Shown piece after piece: positions 1-9,991 of a DNA stretch of 64,000 nt. The DNA is taken from positions 24,987-88,986 of the IMG/VR virus record IMGVR_UViG_3300030329_002114; one strand, written 5' to 3'. This DNA comes from a virus. Each line of letters opens with the position of its first letter. Position 1 is the stretch's first letter. Position numbers and translations under genes: made by a program. Below the pieces are notes generated by a model that saw nothing but the letters and a program-made list of their open reading frames with translations, did not search any database and was not told the origin of the DNA.

Positions 1-991
1 TTATCATAAGTTCACATAAAGAACCAGCTTGTTTCACATTATCATTCCAGCCATATTCTAAATCTGGAACTTGTTTAACTTCTGTTAACTTTTTGTATAA
101 GTCAGCCATTGTTTCATCAGAAGTATTTACTAAGGCATACTTAACAAATCCTATAGTACCATCATAATCATCTGTAAACTCCTCAAATAACTGCATTGAT
201 TTTTGTCGTTTAGTTTGATAAGTAGACTGCAAATCTTTAAACTCATCTTCTCCACCACAAAGTTCAATTAAAGTATCCTTATCTTCTTTGATTCCAACCA
301 AGTTTTCAAAACGGAGAAAACTATGATTCCAAGCAACGCTATCTTCTTCAAAGTGACTTTTTACATATTTTGCAATAGTTTTTGATTTAGAGTTTTTAAC
401 TGCCCAAGTCAATGCTTCTTTTTGCACTTGCTGAGTGTTACTAGCAAAATCTTTCATTGCTTTTTTATCAAATGAATCAGAATTAAACACAAAGGGCTTC
501 AAAAGATCAGGCACTAAATTAGAGTATCGTAATCTTTCTTTTACATAATTAGGCGAATGTCCAAACTTTTCAGAAATGCTCTTAATAGTACTATCTTTAT
601 CAATCATACCTTTAAAAGCTAAAACTTCTTCTAAGAAAGATAAATCCTCTCTTAATAGGTTTTCTTCTAACTGAAGAGTAGACAAGTCACCATTAGGGAC
701 TGGTGAAACAATTACTGGAACTTCTGAAGTAATATTGTACTCATTTTCTAATTCCTGAATTGCTTTCAGCCTTCTGTGTCCTGCAATAAGATAATATTTG
801 CCATCTGTAGGGTCTTTATACACATTTAAAGCACTTCTTAAACCATTATTATTAATACTGGTTTTTAAGTTTTTAAATGATTCTGATTTAGTATCAACGC
901 CTTTACGAACATTTGATACAATTTTTATATTTTTACTTAATAAGAGTAAAGACTCTTCTGTTTTAGTTACTGTTTTAGTTATGTTTTTCAA
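1..991 (-). CDS. ParB/Srx N-terminal domain protein, 3' end runs off the window
   Basis: Translated by hand (absent from ORF track): TTG start after AGGAG; NVRK...FKNLKTSINNNGLRSALNV...YYLIAGHRRLKAIQEL, then QLEENLLREDLSFLEE and an HTH-like segment, typical of ParB. Confidence 0.85.
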   Translation of the reverse strand, partial: MKNITKTVTKTEESLLLLSKNIKIVSNVRKGVDTKSESFKNLKTSINNNGLRSALNVYKDPTDGKYYLIAGHRRLKAIQELENEYNITSEVPVIVSPVPNGDLSTLQLEENLLREDLSFLEEVLAFKGMIDKDSTIKSISEKFGHSPNYVKERLRYSNLVPDLLKPFVFNSDSFDKKAMKDFASNTQQVQKEALTWAVKNSKSKTIAKYVKSHFEEDSVAWNHSFLRFENLVGIKEDKDTLIELCGGEDEFKDLQSTYQTKRQKSMQLFEEFTDDYDGTIGFVKYALVNTSDETMADLYKKLTEVKQVPDLEYGWNDNVKQAGSLCELMI

Positions 992-1229
992 CTACAACTC
1001 CTTTTGTTATGGGTTTACAATACCAACATTCACAATTAACTTCGTAGAGATGTCCATTTTCATCTGCAATGACATCGTATCCTAGACAAGGTGTATAATT
1101 GTGCAGTTGTTTAATTCGTTTTTTAATTAATTCATCATCAGTTACAACAATACCGTATCCGTCAAAATATTCGATTAGATTTTCTATTGTAAGATCAGAC
1201 AAAGTAATGTTTAGCTCATTTATTGTCAT
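975..1229 (-). CDS. hypothetical protein
   Basis: ORF overlapping the ParB start; Cys cluster CECWYC. Confidence 0.6.
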   Translation of the reverse strand: MTINELNITLSDLTIENLIEYFDGYGIVVTDDELIKKRIKQLHNYTPCLGYDVIADENGHLYEVNCECWYCKPITKGVVVEKHN

Positions 1230-1517
1230 AAGCTGTTCCTTTTTAATTATACAAAAATTTATTAACTATGCGTACACGATTAGTGCTTTTCAGCCTAATC
1301 CACCACAACCTAAATAAAGAAGTGTGCTTCCCAAAACTTCAGCAATTCGGACACTCAGTCACTTTATTTATCCACTAATCTGGTTTACCCAGCTCCCTCC
1401 GCATAGTTAATTAATATTTGAAGTGTTTGAATTGTAGCGATATATGGGGTGTTTTAAGACCTTAATCGCTTTAATATGGAGATGTTTAGGGGCAACTGAT
1501 ACATTACCCCTAGTTTG

Positions 1518-1688
1518 TTATTTAACGCTTGTTAACGCCTTTTTTACAATCTGTTTTATATTAAGCAAACTGCATCCTAGATTCTGTTCAATCTTACTGT
1601 AATAAGCTTCAATATTTCCCATATACCTATAAGTAATAGGATGGTCAGCTCGGTAATAAGTTTTACCTTTATATTTTAATTTATACAT
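1518..1688 (-). CDS. hypothetical 56-aa protein
   Basis: Hand-translated MYKLKYKGKTYYRADHP...; TAATG-coupled to the upstream gene. Confidence 0.5.
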   Translation of the reverse strand: MYKLKYKGKTYYRADHPITYRYMGNIEAYYSKIEQNLGCSLLNIKQIVKKALTSVK

Positions 1689-2221
1689 TAATATTCTTCT
1701 GAATTATAATCAAGCTCAGGCATTTCTCCACTTTTTATACCTTTATGTTTTTTTACTATTGATTTTATTACAACAGAAGGAACATAATGATAAACTTGTT
1801 CGTGTGTCCACTTGTCACTACTTCTTCTTGCTAACTCAGGTTCAATCATAGGGCTATCTGCATAAGGTATAAGTAATTCTTCTTTTTCATTTGGAAAACC
1901 TACTTCAACATATCTATACTTGGTAAATAAGCCATTTATTTTTGGATCACACGAGTGGCTAGCAGATGCTTGAACTGACACAGAAAAACCGTCATTAAAA
2001 ACAACCTTTTTTCTTAAATCCTGTATTGGCGCTTTTAACCACCGATACTTTTTAATTACCTCATCTCTACTCATATACTCACTATTTCTTGAGTGAGGCA
2101 TAAGAAAACCTTCATCATTATACACTTTACCTATGTACCAGCCAGCATTTGATTCAATAGGAGTTAATTCCGATACGTTGTTAACAAATTTAATATCTTT
2201 AATGTCTTTTAATGTTTTCAT
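1688..2221 (-). CDS. hypothetical phage protein
   Basis: 177-aa ORF with AGGAG RBS; DGFSVSVQAS...VEVGFP motif seen in phage early proteins. Confidence 0.75.
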   Translation of the reverse strand: MKTLKDIKDIKFVNNVSELTPIESNAGWYIGKVYNDEGFLMPHSRNSEYMSRDEVIKKYRWLKAPIQDLRKKVVFNDGFSVSVQASASHSCDPKINGLFTKYRYVEVGFPNEKEELLIPYADSPMIEPELARRSSDKWTHEQVYHYVPSVVIKSIVKKHKGIKSGEMPELDYNSEEY

Positions 2222-2230
2222 TTACTCTCC

Positions 2231-2395
2231 TTAATAAGTTTTTATGTTGTATTTTAAATAATACCACATTCTTTTTAATTGATACCCTAGATAAGTTTCC
2301 TTATTCCTTAATGAATGCCATTTATCTATTATTATAAATTCTTCTAGGTCTTTACCTTTAAGCTGAATTGTTGTAGTACTTTTGTTATCGTCCAT
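2231..2395 (-). CDS. hypothetical 54-aa protein
   Basis: Hand-translated MDDNKSTTTIQLKG...; AAGGA RBS. Confidence 0.5.
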   Translation of the reverse strand: MDDNKSTTTIQLKGKDLEEFIIIDKWHSLRNKETYLGYQLKRMWYYLKYNIKTY

Positions 2396-2433
2396 TTTTT
2401 ATCCTTTTTTTTGTTAATTATTGTAAATTTTTA

Positions 2434-2535
2434 GGGGCAAAGGCATAACTGCCAACCAACAACACAAAGATATTGTGTTAACTTTTATTTAGTGTCGTTG
2501 TTTTTTTCCTATTGATTTTTATTTTTATGCCCCAA
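2434..2535 (-). repeat. 102-bp structured element, copy 1 (copy 2 at 34985-35086)
   Basis: Direct alignment shows 3 mismatches in 102 bp; GGGGCA/TGCCCC terminal inverted repeat. Confidence 0.9.
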
Positions 2536-2604
2536 GTGTAAAATAGGGAGAGTGTAACTGAGATAACAGTCACAACTCCCCCTAGGCAATGGAAAGTGCA
2601 GGTT

Positions 2605-2757
2605 TCACTTCCCAAAAACACGTTTCCTAGCCTCTGCCAAGGCTCTAAGAACATTCGGAAAGTTTTTCTTTGGTATTGAAACCACAGTTACATTTCCTGT
2701 TGGTAAAAAGTGATGAAAAAGACTATTCTTCGATTGGTTTATTAAATAACGCATTGT
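2605..2757 (-). CDS. hypothetical small protein (likely start MRYLINQ)
   Basis: AAGGA RBS precedes the internal ATG. Confidence 0.45.
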   Translation of the reverse strand, partial: TMRYLINQSKNSLFHHFLPTGNVTVVSIPKKNFPNVLRALAEARKRVFGK

Positions 2758-2806
2758 ATGTGTTCCTTTTTGTTTTAAAAATTTTAAGTATTGTGCCATA
2801 AAATAA

Positions 2807-2926
2807 TGAGGGAGCAAGGATAGGAATCCAATTACAGGGTGTTTTCCCAGTTTATTGGAGCATCCCTATACATAGACAAGAGCTTACAGCTGTGTCTAGG
2901 CGGGCAGATGCGCACCTACTCCCTCA
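2807..2926 (-). ncRNA. candidate multi-stem structured RNA
   Basis: 12-bp closing stem with G-U pairs on the minus strand plus internal hairpins; intergenic. Confidence 0.45.
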
Positions 2927-2936
2927 AATTACTCGA

Positions 2937-3299
2937 TTAAGAATTTCTTTTATTTTCATCTATCATTTTAAGGGTATCACTCATCTTTTGTTCAATTTCG
3001 TCTATTACTCTATTTATCCGTTGTTGTGGATGTAAATGCTCAGTACCTGCATTTATATGTCTTTGACTCAATTTTAAAAGATGAAACATTTCAGGTGCAA
3101 AAGATATTAAAATAGCATTTGCCATACCTTCTTTTGCAACTTCAGAAAATTCATCTTTATCGTGAGGGGTATGAACAAGAGCAACTGTTTTTTCTCCTGT
3201 CCTTGTTCTGTTAGCTTTATTTATTTTTATATAACCAGCGTCAATAATATTGTTATAAAATTCTAAATCTATATACCAAGGCTCTTGATAATATTCCAT
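2937..3299 (-). CDS. hypothetical protein
   Basis: 120-aa ORF with AAGGAG RBS. Confidence 0.7.
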   Translation of the reverse strand: MEYYQEPWYIDLEFYNNIIDAGYIKINKANRTRTGEKTVALVHTPHDKDEFSEVAKEGMANAILISFAPEMFHLLKLSQRHINAGTEHLHPQQRINRVIDEIEQKMSDTLKMIDENKRNS

Positions 3300-3363
3300 T
3301 CTTTACTCCTTATATCCTTTTTTTATTGCTTTTTATTTAAAGCGATTTTTATTTGCAGGGATT

Positions 3364-3395
3364 AAAAAAGGGACAGTACAATGACTGCCCCTTTT
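3364..3395 (-). terminator. intrinsic terminator
   Basis: GGGGCAGT/ACTGTCCC hairpin plus T run, downstream of 3410-3790. Confidence 0.7.
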
Positions 3396-3409
3396 CTGGG
3401 TTATGGAAC

Positions 3410-3790
3410 CTATCGTACCAGCTTAGCGATACGCTTGCTGAAAGCACCCAAAGACGGGTTACGAGGGGGTTCTTTGGTAAACCCGATTCTATAGCCAACG
3501 ACCTCCTCACCAGAACGCTTATCAACATAAGCTGACGGACTATCTTTGACCTCACCACGCCACTTAAGATTATCACGCAAGGTTTGCATCTGGGCAACGA
3601 TAGCTGGAATCTCAGCTTTATCCTCATCACCGATGAATACTGAGATAGACCCAGCATTGTTAACGATGTTGGTAAGCTCCTCATCAGATAAATCCTCAAT
3701 AGGCTTATCAGGAATTACCTTTACCCAAGGTTCACTTTGGAGAGCATCATAGCGTGTAAAACGCATTGTTAGGTTAGTTACTAGACTCAT
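3410..3790 (-). CDS. hypothetical protein, first gene of the left early operon
   Basis: 126-aa ORF, AAGGA RBS, followed by a terminator. Confidence 0.75.
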   Translation of the reverse strand: MSLVTNLTMRFTRYDALQSEPWVKVIPDKPIEDLSDEELTNIVNNAGSISVFIGDEDKAEIPAIVAQMQTLRDNLKWRGEVKDSPSAYVDKRSGEEVVGYRIGFTKEPPRNPSLGAFSKRIAKLVR

Positions 3791-4016
3791 TGTACATCCT
3801 TTTTGTTATGTTAAAGAAAATATTTCCTAGAAGAACTAGGGGACGCTCAACAAGGGCTGAGGTACAGGCTAGACACCTTTTCTCAACGAAAAGTATAGGG
3901 TATAGCCCTGTACCGAAGGGGGGTCGGGGTACTGTATATCTCCCACACACATTCTACACTAAATTTTTGAGATTGGGGCGTAGAGAATCCCCCATAGTCA
4001 TCTATACTTTCAGTCT

Positions 4017-4214
4017 ATGAAAACTGATAAAATGGCTCCATTAGAGAAAATGAACCCTCAAACGGGTAAATTTGAGAAAGTATACGAATTAACAGAAGAT
4101 GCCATACGGATATTGAACATATTTGATGCTGAACAGAGGATAATGGAGCGTATATTTCAGATACAGGATTGGAGATACGGACTTAAAGGAGTACAGCATA
4201 TAGAATACGACTGA
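4017..4214 (+). CDS. small conserved protein (homolog 48544-48753)
   Basis: Same position in both modules; NPQTGKFEK vs NMTTNKWEK. Confidence 0.6.
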   Translation: MKTDKMAPLEKMNPQTGKFEKVYELTEDAIRILNIFDAEQRIMERIFQIQDWRYGLKGVQHIEYD

Positions 4215-4223
4215 ATGCAGGGA

Positions 4224-4300
4224 TTACTATACTGTATAATATTATGCTGTATAATAGTCTGTATAGTTACTATACAGTAAAATATACTATTACAGTACAG
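4224..4300. repeat. CTGTATA/TATACAG short repeats upstream of terS
   Basis: Three direct CTGTATA copies plus inverted copies in an AT-rich intergenic gap. Confidence 0.6.
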
Positions 4301-4330
4301 TTGTCAAGTCAGTATATATATTTATACTAG

Positions 4331-5107
4331 ATGGATTTTATAACTAGAAAATTTAAAAAGAATGAATACAGAAATGTCACTTACCCTGTGTACTCTAAAG
4401 AAGAAGCAAGTAATAGAGAAATAGAGTATAAGTCTTGGAAGGAGTGCAAGGAGGGTGACTATGGTATTAGTGATGATGGATATATTGCTGAATGTATCTA
4501 TCGAAAGCAGTATAAGGACGTAGATCAAGTTACATTTCCTTACGGGAGACAATGGGTGAATAAGTCCAGATTGGAGTATCTGCCTCATAGAAGTGCGGGG
4601 CAGTACTCTCAGGTAGGTGTTAGACCTTGGCACGAGCAAGAAGCTAAGAAAACTCGTACTAAGAATGTTGTAAAAGCTTATGCTGCAATGATGTTGGGTG
4701 GGAATAAGATAGATTGGAACTTACTTGGTAAAATATACAGAAAAGATCAAGAAAGACCCGATTTAACTGCTCGCAGATTATTTAAAACAGAGAGGATTCA
4801 GAAAATGCTGGATGATGAGATACAAAAAGCCTTAAAAGATAGAGATATTGCTCAAGGGGATGTCCTAGATATGCTATTAGGGGCTATAGAAATAGCTAAA
4901 GAGAACAAAGACCCTTCAAATATGTTAAGAGGTGCTGAACAATTTGTTAAAATACTTGATATGCTACCTAAAAAGAGTATGACTACGGATACAGTACAAA
5001 TAGATATGTCCAATACCATACTGGATCAGATTGCAACAGAAGAAAAAAAGAGCCTAAAAATGTCTCAAAAGAAGGAACTTCCCTATGAAAAGCCACAAGA
5101 AGCTTAA
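4331..5107 (+). CDS. putative terminase small subunit (module A)
   Basis: Upstream of TerL; HTH-like middle and helical C-terminus; homolog at 48822. Confidence 0.55.
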   Translation: MDFITRKFKKNEYRNVTYPVYSKEEASNREIEYKSWKECKEGDYGISDDGYIAECIYRKQYKDVDQVTFPYGRQWVNKSRLEYLPHRSAGQYSQVGVRPWHEQEAKKTRTKNVVKAYAAMMLGGNKIDWNLLGKIYRKDQERPDLTARRLFKTERIQKMLDDEIQKALKDRDIAQGDVLDMLLGAIEIAKENKDPSNMLRGAEQFVKILDMLPKKSMTTDTVQIDMSNTILDQIATEEKKSLKMSQKKELPYEKPQEA

Positions 5108-5248
5108 AAAGACTGTAATCATTAAGGCGAGTGACAAAAATAAAGAGAAATTATCTTCATTTATGAATGTGCTAAAGGCAGTAGCTGAAGATATGGGCTT
5201 AGAAGTCGCTGACGCTGATGTAAATACCCTAGTTGGCTCCGATTATTA

Positions 5249-6739
5249 GTGTCTGATAAGAAAAGAATAGAAATAGCCTCTAAATTGAGGCACGATATGG
5301 TCTTATTTGGCAAAATATGTATGTCAAATATGTTTGCGGTCAATTCTCCCAAGTTTCATTATGAGATTGCTGAACAGCTACTCAATCCCGATAAAAAACA
5401 AATCAATATTGTAGCACCCAGAGGACACGCTAAGTCTTCTATAGTAGGTGGTATATTCCCCTTACACCATTTAATGTATGGAGAAGGACAGAAATTGGTT
5501 GTATTGGTGTCTAGGACTCAAGATCATGCAGTTAAGCTCTTAGGTCTTCTAAAGGATACAATGGATTACTCTGAAGCGTTTCGCTCCATATTTGGCTACT
5601 GGGGGCAACATAGTGCTAGAAGCTGGTCTAAGTCCGAAATTGAATTAAAAGACGGTTCTATGGTTATCTGTAAGGGTACAGGGCAACAATTGAGAGGTAT
5701 TAAGGTTGGGAATCAAAGACCTACACTAATTATAGTAGATGATCCTGAAGATGAAAATAATACCAAAACAGCTGAAGCTATGGAAAATAACCTGAGATGG
5801 CTTCTTCAAAGCGCAGTTCCCTCATTAGACCCTATGAAGGGTAGAATTGTCATAATTGGTACACCTCAGCATCAAAGATGTATGGTAGAAACCTTAAAAG
5901 GGATGCACGGATGGAAAAACTTAACCTTTAAGCCCGATTTCGATAAAAATATTGCTCTTTGGGAAGACTGGTGGAGCATTGAAAAGCTTCTTGAAAAGAA
6001 AAAAGAATTAGAATCTATTAATAGGCTATCTGTATTCTATAGAGAATATGCTTGTGAAATTGTAGGGGATGAGGACCAACTTTTTAAAGCAGATGACTTT
6101 AGGTATTACGATGGTGACTTTATTCGTAAAAAAGGCAAGAGTTATTTAAGGATTACCTCGTTAGATGGTGAAAAATGCGATAAAATGGTTCCTGTAAATG
6201 TATTTACGGGGGTCGATCCCGCTTCAAGTGTAAAAAGAGGAGCAGATTATTCCGTTATTTACAATTTAGCAGTTGATGACGAAGATAATCGGTATTCCTT
6301 ACCTTATTACAGAAAACACGCTACTCCACTTACTTTAGCAGAAGCAATTGTAAACAATTTTAGACGATACCGCTCTGAGAAAACAAGGATAGAGTCTGTA
6401 GGGTATCAGGAAATGTTAAGAGAATATGTCTTAAAAAGATCTAGAGATGAAAATTTATTCATACCTGGGCTGAATATTAAAGAAAACCCTAGAACCTCTA
6501 AAAGCAACCGCCTAGAGTCTCTTCAGCCCATATTTGCTAACCATAAGATGTTTTTAAAGGAAGATCAGCAAGATTTGATCAATGAGTTGTTACTTTTCCC
6601 TAGAGGTAAGCACGATGACCTTCTAGATGGTTTATTTTATGCTAATAAAGGTTCTTACATACCTCATCATAAGTATGAAGATGCTCCACTTGTAACCAAA
6701 GGCATACGAAATATATTTAGTGATTGGCAATTAGTTTAA
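5249..6739 (+). CDS. terL: terminase large subunit (module A)
   Basis: Walker A APRGHAKS, Walker B LIIVDDPE, IGTP coupling motif, RNase H-like GVDPA...HDDLLDGL. Confidence 0.95.
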   Translation: MSDKKRIEIASKLRHDMVLFGKICMSNMFAVNSPKFHYEIAEQLLNPDKKQINIVAPRGHAKSSIVGGIFPLHHLMYGEGQKLVVLVSRTQDHAVKLLGLLKDTMDYSEAFRSIFGYWGQHSARSWSKSEIELKDGSMVICKGTGQQLRGIKVGNQRPTLIIVDDPEDENNTKTAEAMENNLRWLLQSAVPSLDPMKGRIVIIGTPQHQRCMVETLKGMHGWKNLTFKPDFDKNIALWEDWWSIEKLLEKKKELESINRLSVFYREYACEIVGDEDQLFKADDFRYYDGDFIRKKGKSYLRITSLDGEKCDKMVPVNVFTGVDPASSVKRGADYSVIYNLAVDDEDNRYSLPYYRKHATPLTLAEAIVNNFRRYRSEKTRIESVGYQEMLREYVLKRSRDENLFIPGLNIKENPRTSKSNRLESLQPIFANHKMFLKEDQQDLINELLLFPRGKHDDLLDGLFYANKGSYIPHHKYEDAPLVTKGIRNIFSDWQLV

Positions 6740-6803
6740 AATAGGGCGTTGAGGATCGGAAATTATTCTCGATAATATTACCGCCGTAATTACTTAGTAA
6801 TAT

Positions 6804-8978
6804 ATGGCACACGAGAGACACCCCGAAGTAACCAAGTCAGAAAAGTTGCTTGACAACTATCACGAAGGCAGAGCCATGTGGGCAACTCAAGCAATGGAAG
6901 ATGATGAATTCCGTAATAATCAGCAATGGAAGAGTGAACATAAGAGAGTTTTAGCTGATCGTTCACAAGTCCCTATTGTTGATAATATAATATATCCCGC
7001 AGTAGAACAAGCCAAAGCACTTCTTACAGCTAATAAACCAAAATTTCAGTCTGCAGGCAGAGATGATTCCGACAATAAAGTTGGTCGTCTGTTTTCAGAT
7101 ATTATGGCATATATATGGGATATTTCTAATGGGAATGTTGAGTTAAAACAAGTTGTTGATGATTACTATGTAAAAGGTATGGGGGTCATGCAGACCTATG
7201 TAGATGGGATGGCTGATTTTGGTCGGGGTGAGATCAAGATAAAAAGCATCGATCCCCTTGACCTATATCTAGACCCAAATGCAAAAGACCCATTTGCTAG
7301 GGACTCAGCTTGTATGATTGTTTCAAAGCGCATCACAGATGAGCAAATAAAAACAATGTATCCATCTATGGCAGATCAGTTGGATGATATGATGACATCA
7401 TCTTCTAATAATAGATACCCAAGCACAACAAGAGAAGGGTCAGAAGATCAAAAGATAGGACCAACTGAGGACGATGATGGATACTATCGCCATTATGAAG
7501 TCATAGATCGCTATGAAAAAGTTAAACTTCCTTATTTCCACTTGTTAGATACTTTAACAGGTGAAGAGAATATAATGAATGAAGAAGGCTTTAGTGAATT
7601 TGCTCAAGAACCTGCAGTCTTTATGGAAAATGCTCAAGGGGTTCAACCCGTAACTGAGCAAAAAGCAGTTTCAGAATTGTTACAAATTTATGAGGCTACA
7701 GGTGGTGTTTATCATATGATGCCTGATCCAGTTACAGGTCAGCCTTCTATAATGCCGGGCGAAGAACACGAGGGAGCTATACCGAATTCAACGACAAGAA
7801 TTACCCCTGTAACAAAAAAAGAAATGATTGAAGAAGGTGTAATTGTTCTTAATCAGGTAATGACAGACAGAATTGAAAGGGTTCTTTCTGTTGGGGGAAT
7901 CTTATTAGATCATAGCATTATGGATATTAACGAATATCCAATTGTGCCACTTATGAATAGGCACAACAGAAACCCATATCCAATGAGCGATGTGAGGTTT
8001 GTAAAGCCTATTCAAGAGTACATAAACAAATTAACATCTTTAATTATTGCTCACGCATCCAGTTCTACAAATACAAAGCTTCTGATTCCTAGAGGGTCAA
8101 TGGACAGAAAGCAATTAGAGCAAGAATGGTCAAGAGCGGGTACAGGGGTCATTGAATACGACCCTGAATTAGGACAGCCTATAGTAGCGGGTCCTATACC
8201 TCTCCCTAATGAGCTTTATAAAAATAAAGAAGATGCAAAGTCAAGCATTTATCATATTCTAGGGATTCATCCTTTATCACAAGGTGATCCAAGCGCTGCT
8301 CCACAAACATATAAAGGAACAGTAGCTATTGATGAGTATGCCCAACGCAGAATCAAGTCTAAGTTAGATGATATTGATGAGATGTTAAATCAGATCGGTA
8401 AAGTGGTGGTACAGATGGTACAGCAGACATATACAGACGAAAAAATCGTTAGACTAATGAAGCCAGATGGTAGAACAAGTGTGGCAGTTCTAAATAGACC
8501 AGTATACGATGATTTTACTGGTGAGATTGTAGGTCGTGTCAATGATGTCACTATAGGTAAGTACGATCTAATTGTGGTAAGTGGTTCTACGCTACCATCT
8601 AATCGTTGGGCAAGATTTGATTACTATATGCAACTATATCAAGCAGGTATTATAGACCAAGTTGAAATATTAGAACAAACTGAAGTTGCAGACACGGAAG
8701 GCGTACTTGAAAGAACATCTATTATCCAGCAACAGCAGTCAATGATTCAGCAACTTCAAGAAGAATTAAAGAAGATTAAAGGCGATCTTCAAACGACAGA
8801 ACGTGAAAGTGTTCACGACAAGAAACGTGTCGAAATAGAAAAATTTAAACGTCAGTTAGGTAGAGCTAGTGACAAAACAGCTAAAGCAGTTGAATTGTAT
8901 GAGGCTCGATTGAATGACCTACTGAAAACGGAACGGGAAGAAGAAGCAGAAACTCAAACCCCGGTTGCTGTCGGATAG
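6804..8978 (+). CDS. portal protein, P22-like (module A)
   Basis: 724 aa after TerL; QW...R.P.V.N motif, YPIVP, C-terminal Q-rich coiled coil. Confidence 0.88.
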   Translation: MAHERHPEVTKSEKLLDNYHEGRAMWATQAMEDDEFRNNQQWKSEHKRVLADRSQVPIVDNIIYPAVEQAKALLTANKPKFQSAGRDDSDNKVGRLFSDIMAYIWDISNGNVELKQVVDDYYVKGMGVMQTYVDGMADFGRGEIKIKSIDPLDLYLDPNAKDPFARDSACMIVSKRITDEQIKTMYPSMADQLDDMMTSSSNNRYPSTTREGSEDQKIGPTEDDDGYYRHYEVIDRYEKVKLPYFHLLDTLTGEENIMNEEGFSEFAQEPAVFMENAQGVQPVTEQKAVSELLQIYEATGGVYHMMPDPVTGQPSIMPGEEHEGAIPNSTTRITPVTKKEMIEEGVIVLNQVMTDRIERVLSVGGILLDHSIMDINEYPIVPLMNRHNRNPYPMSDVRFVKPIQEYINKLTSLIIAHASSSTNTKLLIPRGSMDRKQLEQEWSRAGTGVIEYDPELGQPIVAGPIPLPNELYKNKEDAKSSIYHILGIHPLSQGDPSAAPQTYKGTVAIDEYAQRRIKSKLDDIDEMLNQIGKVVVQMVQQTYTDEKIVRLMKPDGRTSVAVLNRPVYDDFTGEIVGRVNDVTIGKYDLIVVSGSTLPSNRWARFDYYMQLYQAGIIDQVEILEQTEVADTEGVLERTSIIQQQQSMIQQLQEELKKIKGDLQTTERESVHDKKRVEIEKFKRQLGRASDKTAKAVELYEARLNDLLKTEREEEAETQTPVAVG

Positions 8979-8987
8979 ACAAATCGG
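8961..8987 (+). promoter_or_regulatory. conserved hairpin before the scaffold RBS
   Basis: Covarying copy at 55626-55651. Confidence 0.55.
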
Positions 8988-8996
8988 AAGGAGAAG

Positions 8997-9914
8997 ATGA
9001 TAATGGAAGATCAAGTACAAGATGTCGTTGCTGAGGAAACTACAAACGACAACGCAGGTAACGAGAACGTAACTGACGTTCTAGAACCGTTTAGCCCAGA
9101 TTTCAATCCTGAAACGGGGCGATATACGGGAGAGCAAAAGGTTGAAACTGAGCAACCTGTAGCAGAGCAAGAGGCTGAACCTCAAGAGCAACGCTACGAA
9201 TATTGGCAAAGTAAATATGATCAGAAGGCGAGTGAGTACAACAGAATGGAAGAAAGGATAAAAGAACTTGAAACTGTGGAGCCTATAGCAAAGCACATCA
9301 AGGACAATCCTTGGATTCTTGATAATGTTGCATCATCACTCTCTGGTAATTCCCCTAAGGTTGCCGGGCAACCCGAATCTCAGGGCTTACCAAAGAAACC
9401 CGAAAGACCTAGTAAGCCAAGCAATTATGATCCATCAGAAGCATATATGGATCCTGAATCAGCCAGCTTTAAATATCGTGATGCACTCGATAATTACCGT
9501 GAAGACTTGGTTAGCTACCAAGAGAATATGGAAATACATCGAAATCAAGAAGCTGAAAAGCAATATCAATTGCAACAACAACAGCAACAACAAGCTATGG
9601 CAGTTCAGCAACGAGAAGCTATGCAGAGAAACTTAATGGAGAACTATAATTACACCCCCGAAAGAGCGGGTGAGTTTATTAAATATTATTCTTCTCCCGA
9701 TAGTATATCTCTAGAGAATCTAGTTGCTTTAGACAGAATCAGGAATGCTCCAAGTACCGCTGAGGTGGATACGAGACAGAAGGCTGAGATGATGAAGAAT
9801 CGTCAAAATCGGGTAAATATTCCTCCCCCTCCAAGTGTTGGTGGTGGAGAGAATCAACCTCAATACACAGACGAAGACTTATTTAATCTTAGCTTGATGC
9901 AAAAAAAAAGATAG
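8997..9914 (+). CDS. capsid scaffolding protein (module A)
   Basis: Acidic, Q-rich coiled-coil protein between portal and capsid. Confidence 0.75.
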   Translation: MIMEDQVQDVVAEETTNDNAGNENVTDVLEPFSPDFNPETGRYTGEQKVETEQPVAEQEAEPQEQRYEYWQSKYDQKASEYNRMEERIKELETVEPIAKHIKDNPWILDNVASSLSGNSPKVAGQPESQGLPKKPERPSKPSNYDPSEAYMDPESASFKYRDALDNYREDLVSYQENMEIHRNQEAEKQYQLQQQQQQQAMAVQQREAMQRNLMENYNYTPERAGEFIKYYSSPDSISLENLVALDRIRNAPSTAEVDTRQKAEMMKNRQNRVNIPPPPSVGGGENQPQYTDEDLFNLSLMQKKR

Positions 9915-9991
9915 ATGGTTTAACGAAATAATCTAGAGCAACTCGATACAATTGAATTTGAGTTCTTCTAGGTTTAGGAGGATATAATAAT

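Noticed and set aside
798-1317. Plus-strand ORFs here and the many short antisense or alternate-frame ORFs inside large genes
   Set aside because: Shadow ORFs over better-supported genes, without RBS or synteny
2807-2926. Cloverleaf as a tRNA
   Set aside because: About 120 nt, with no TTCRA T-loop or correctly spaced D and anticodon arms
6745-6780. GGCG-TTGAGG-N16-GATAAT, with similar sites near 3976 and 48500, as late promoters
   Set aside because: Weak sigma70-like matches in AT-rich DNA; too few sites to support
9571-9600. CAA/CAG repeat tract
   Set aside because: Ordinary poly-Gln coding in the scaffold coiled coil
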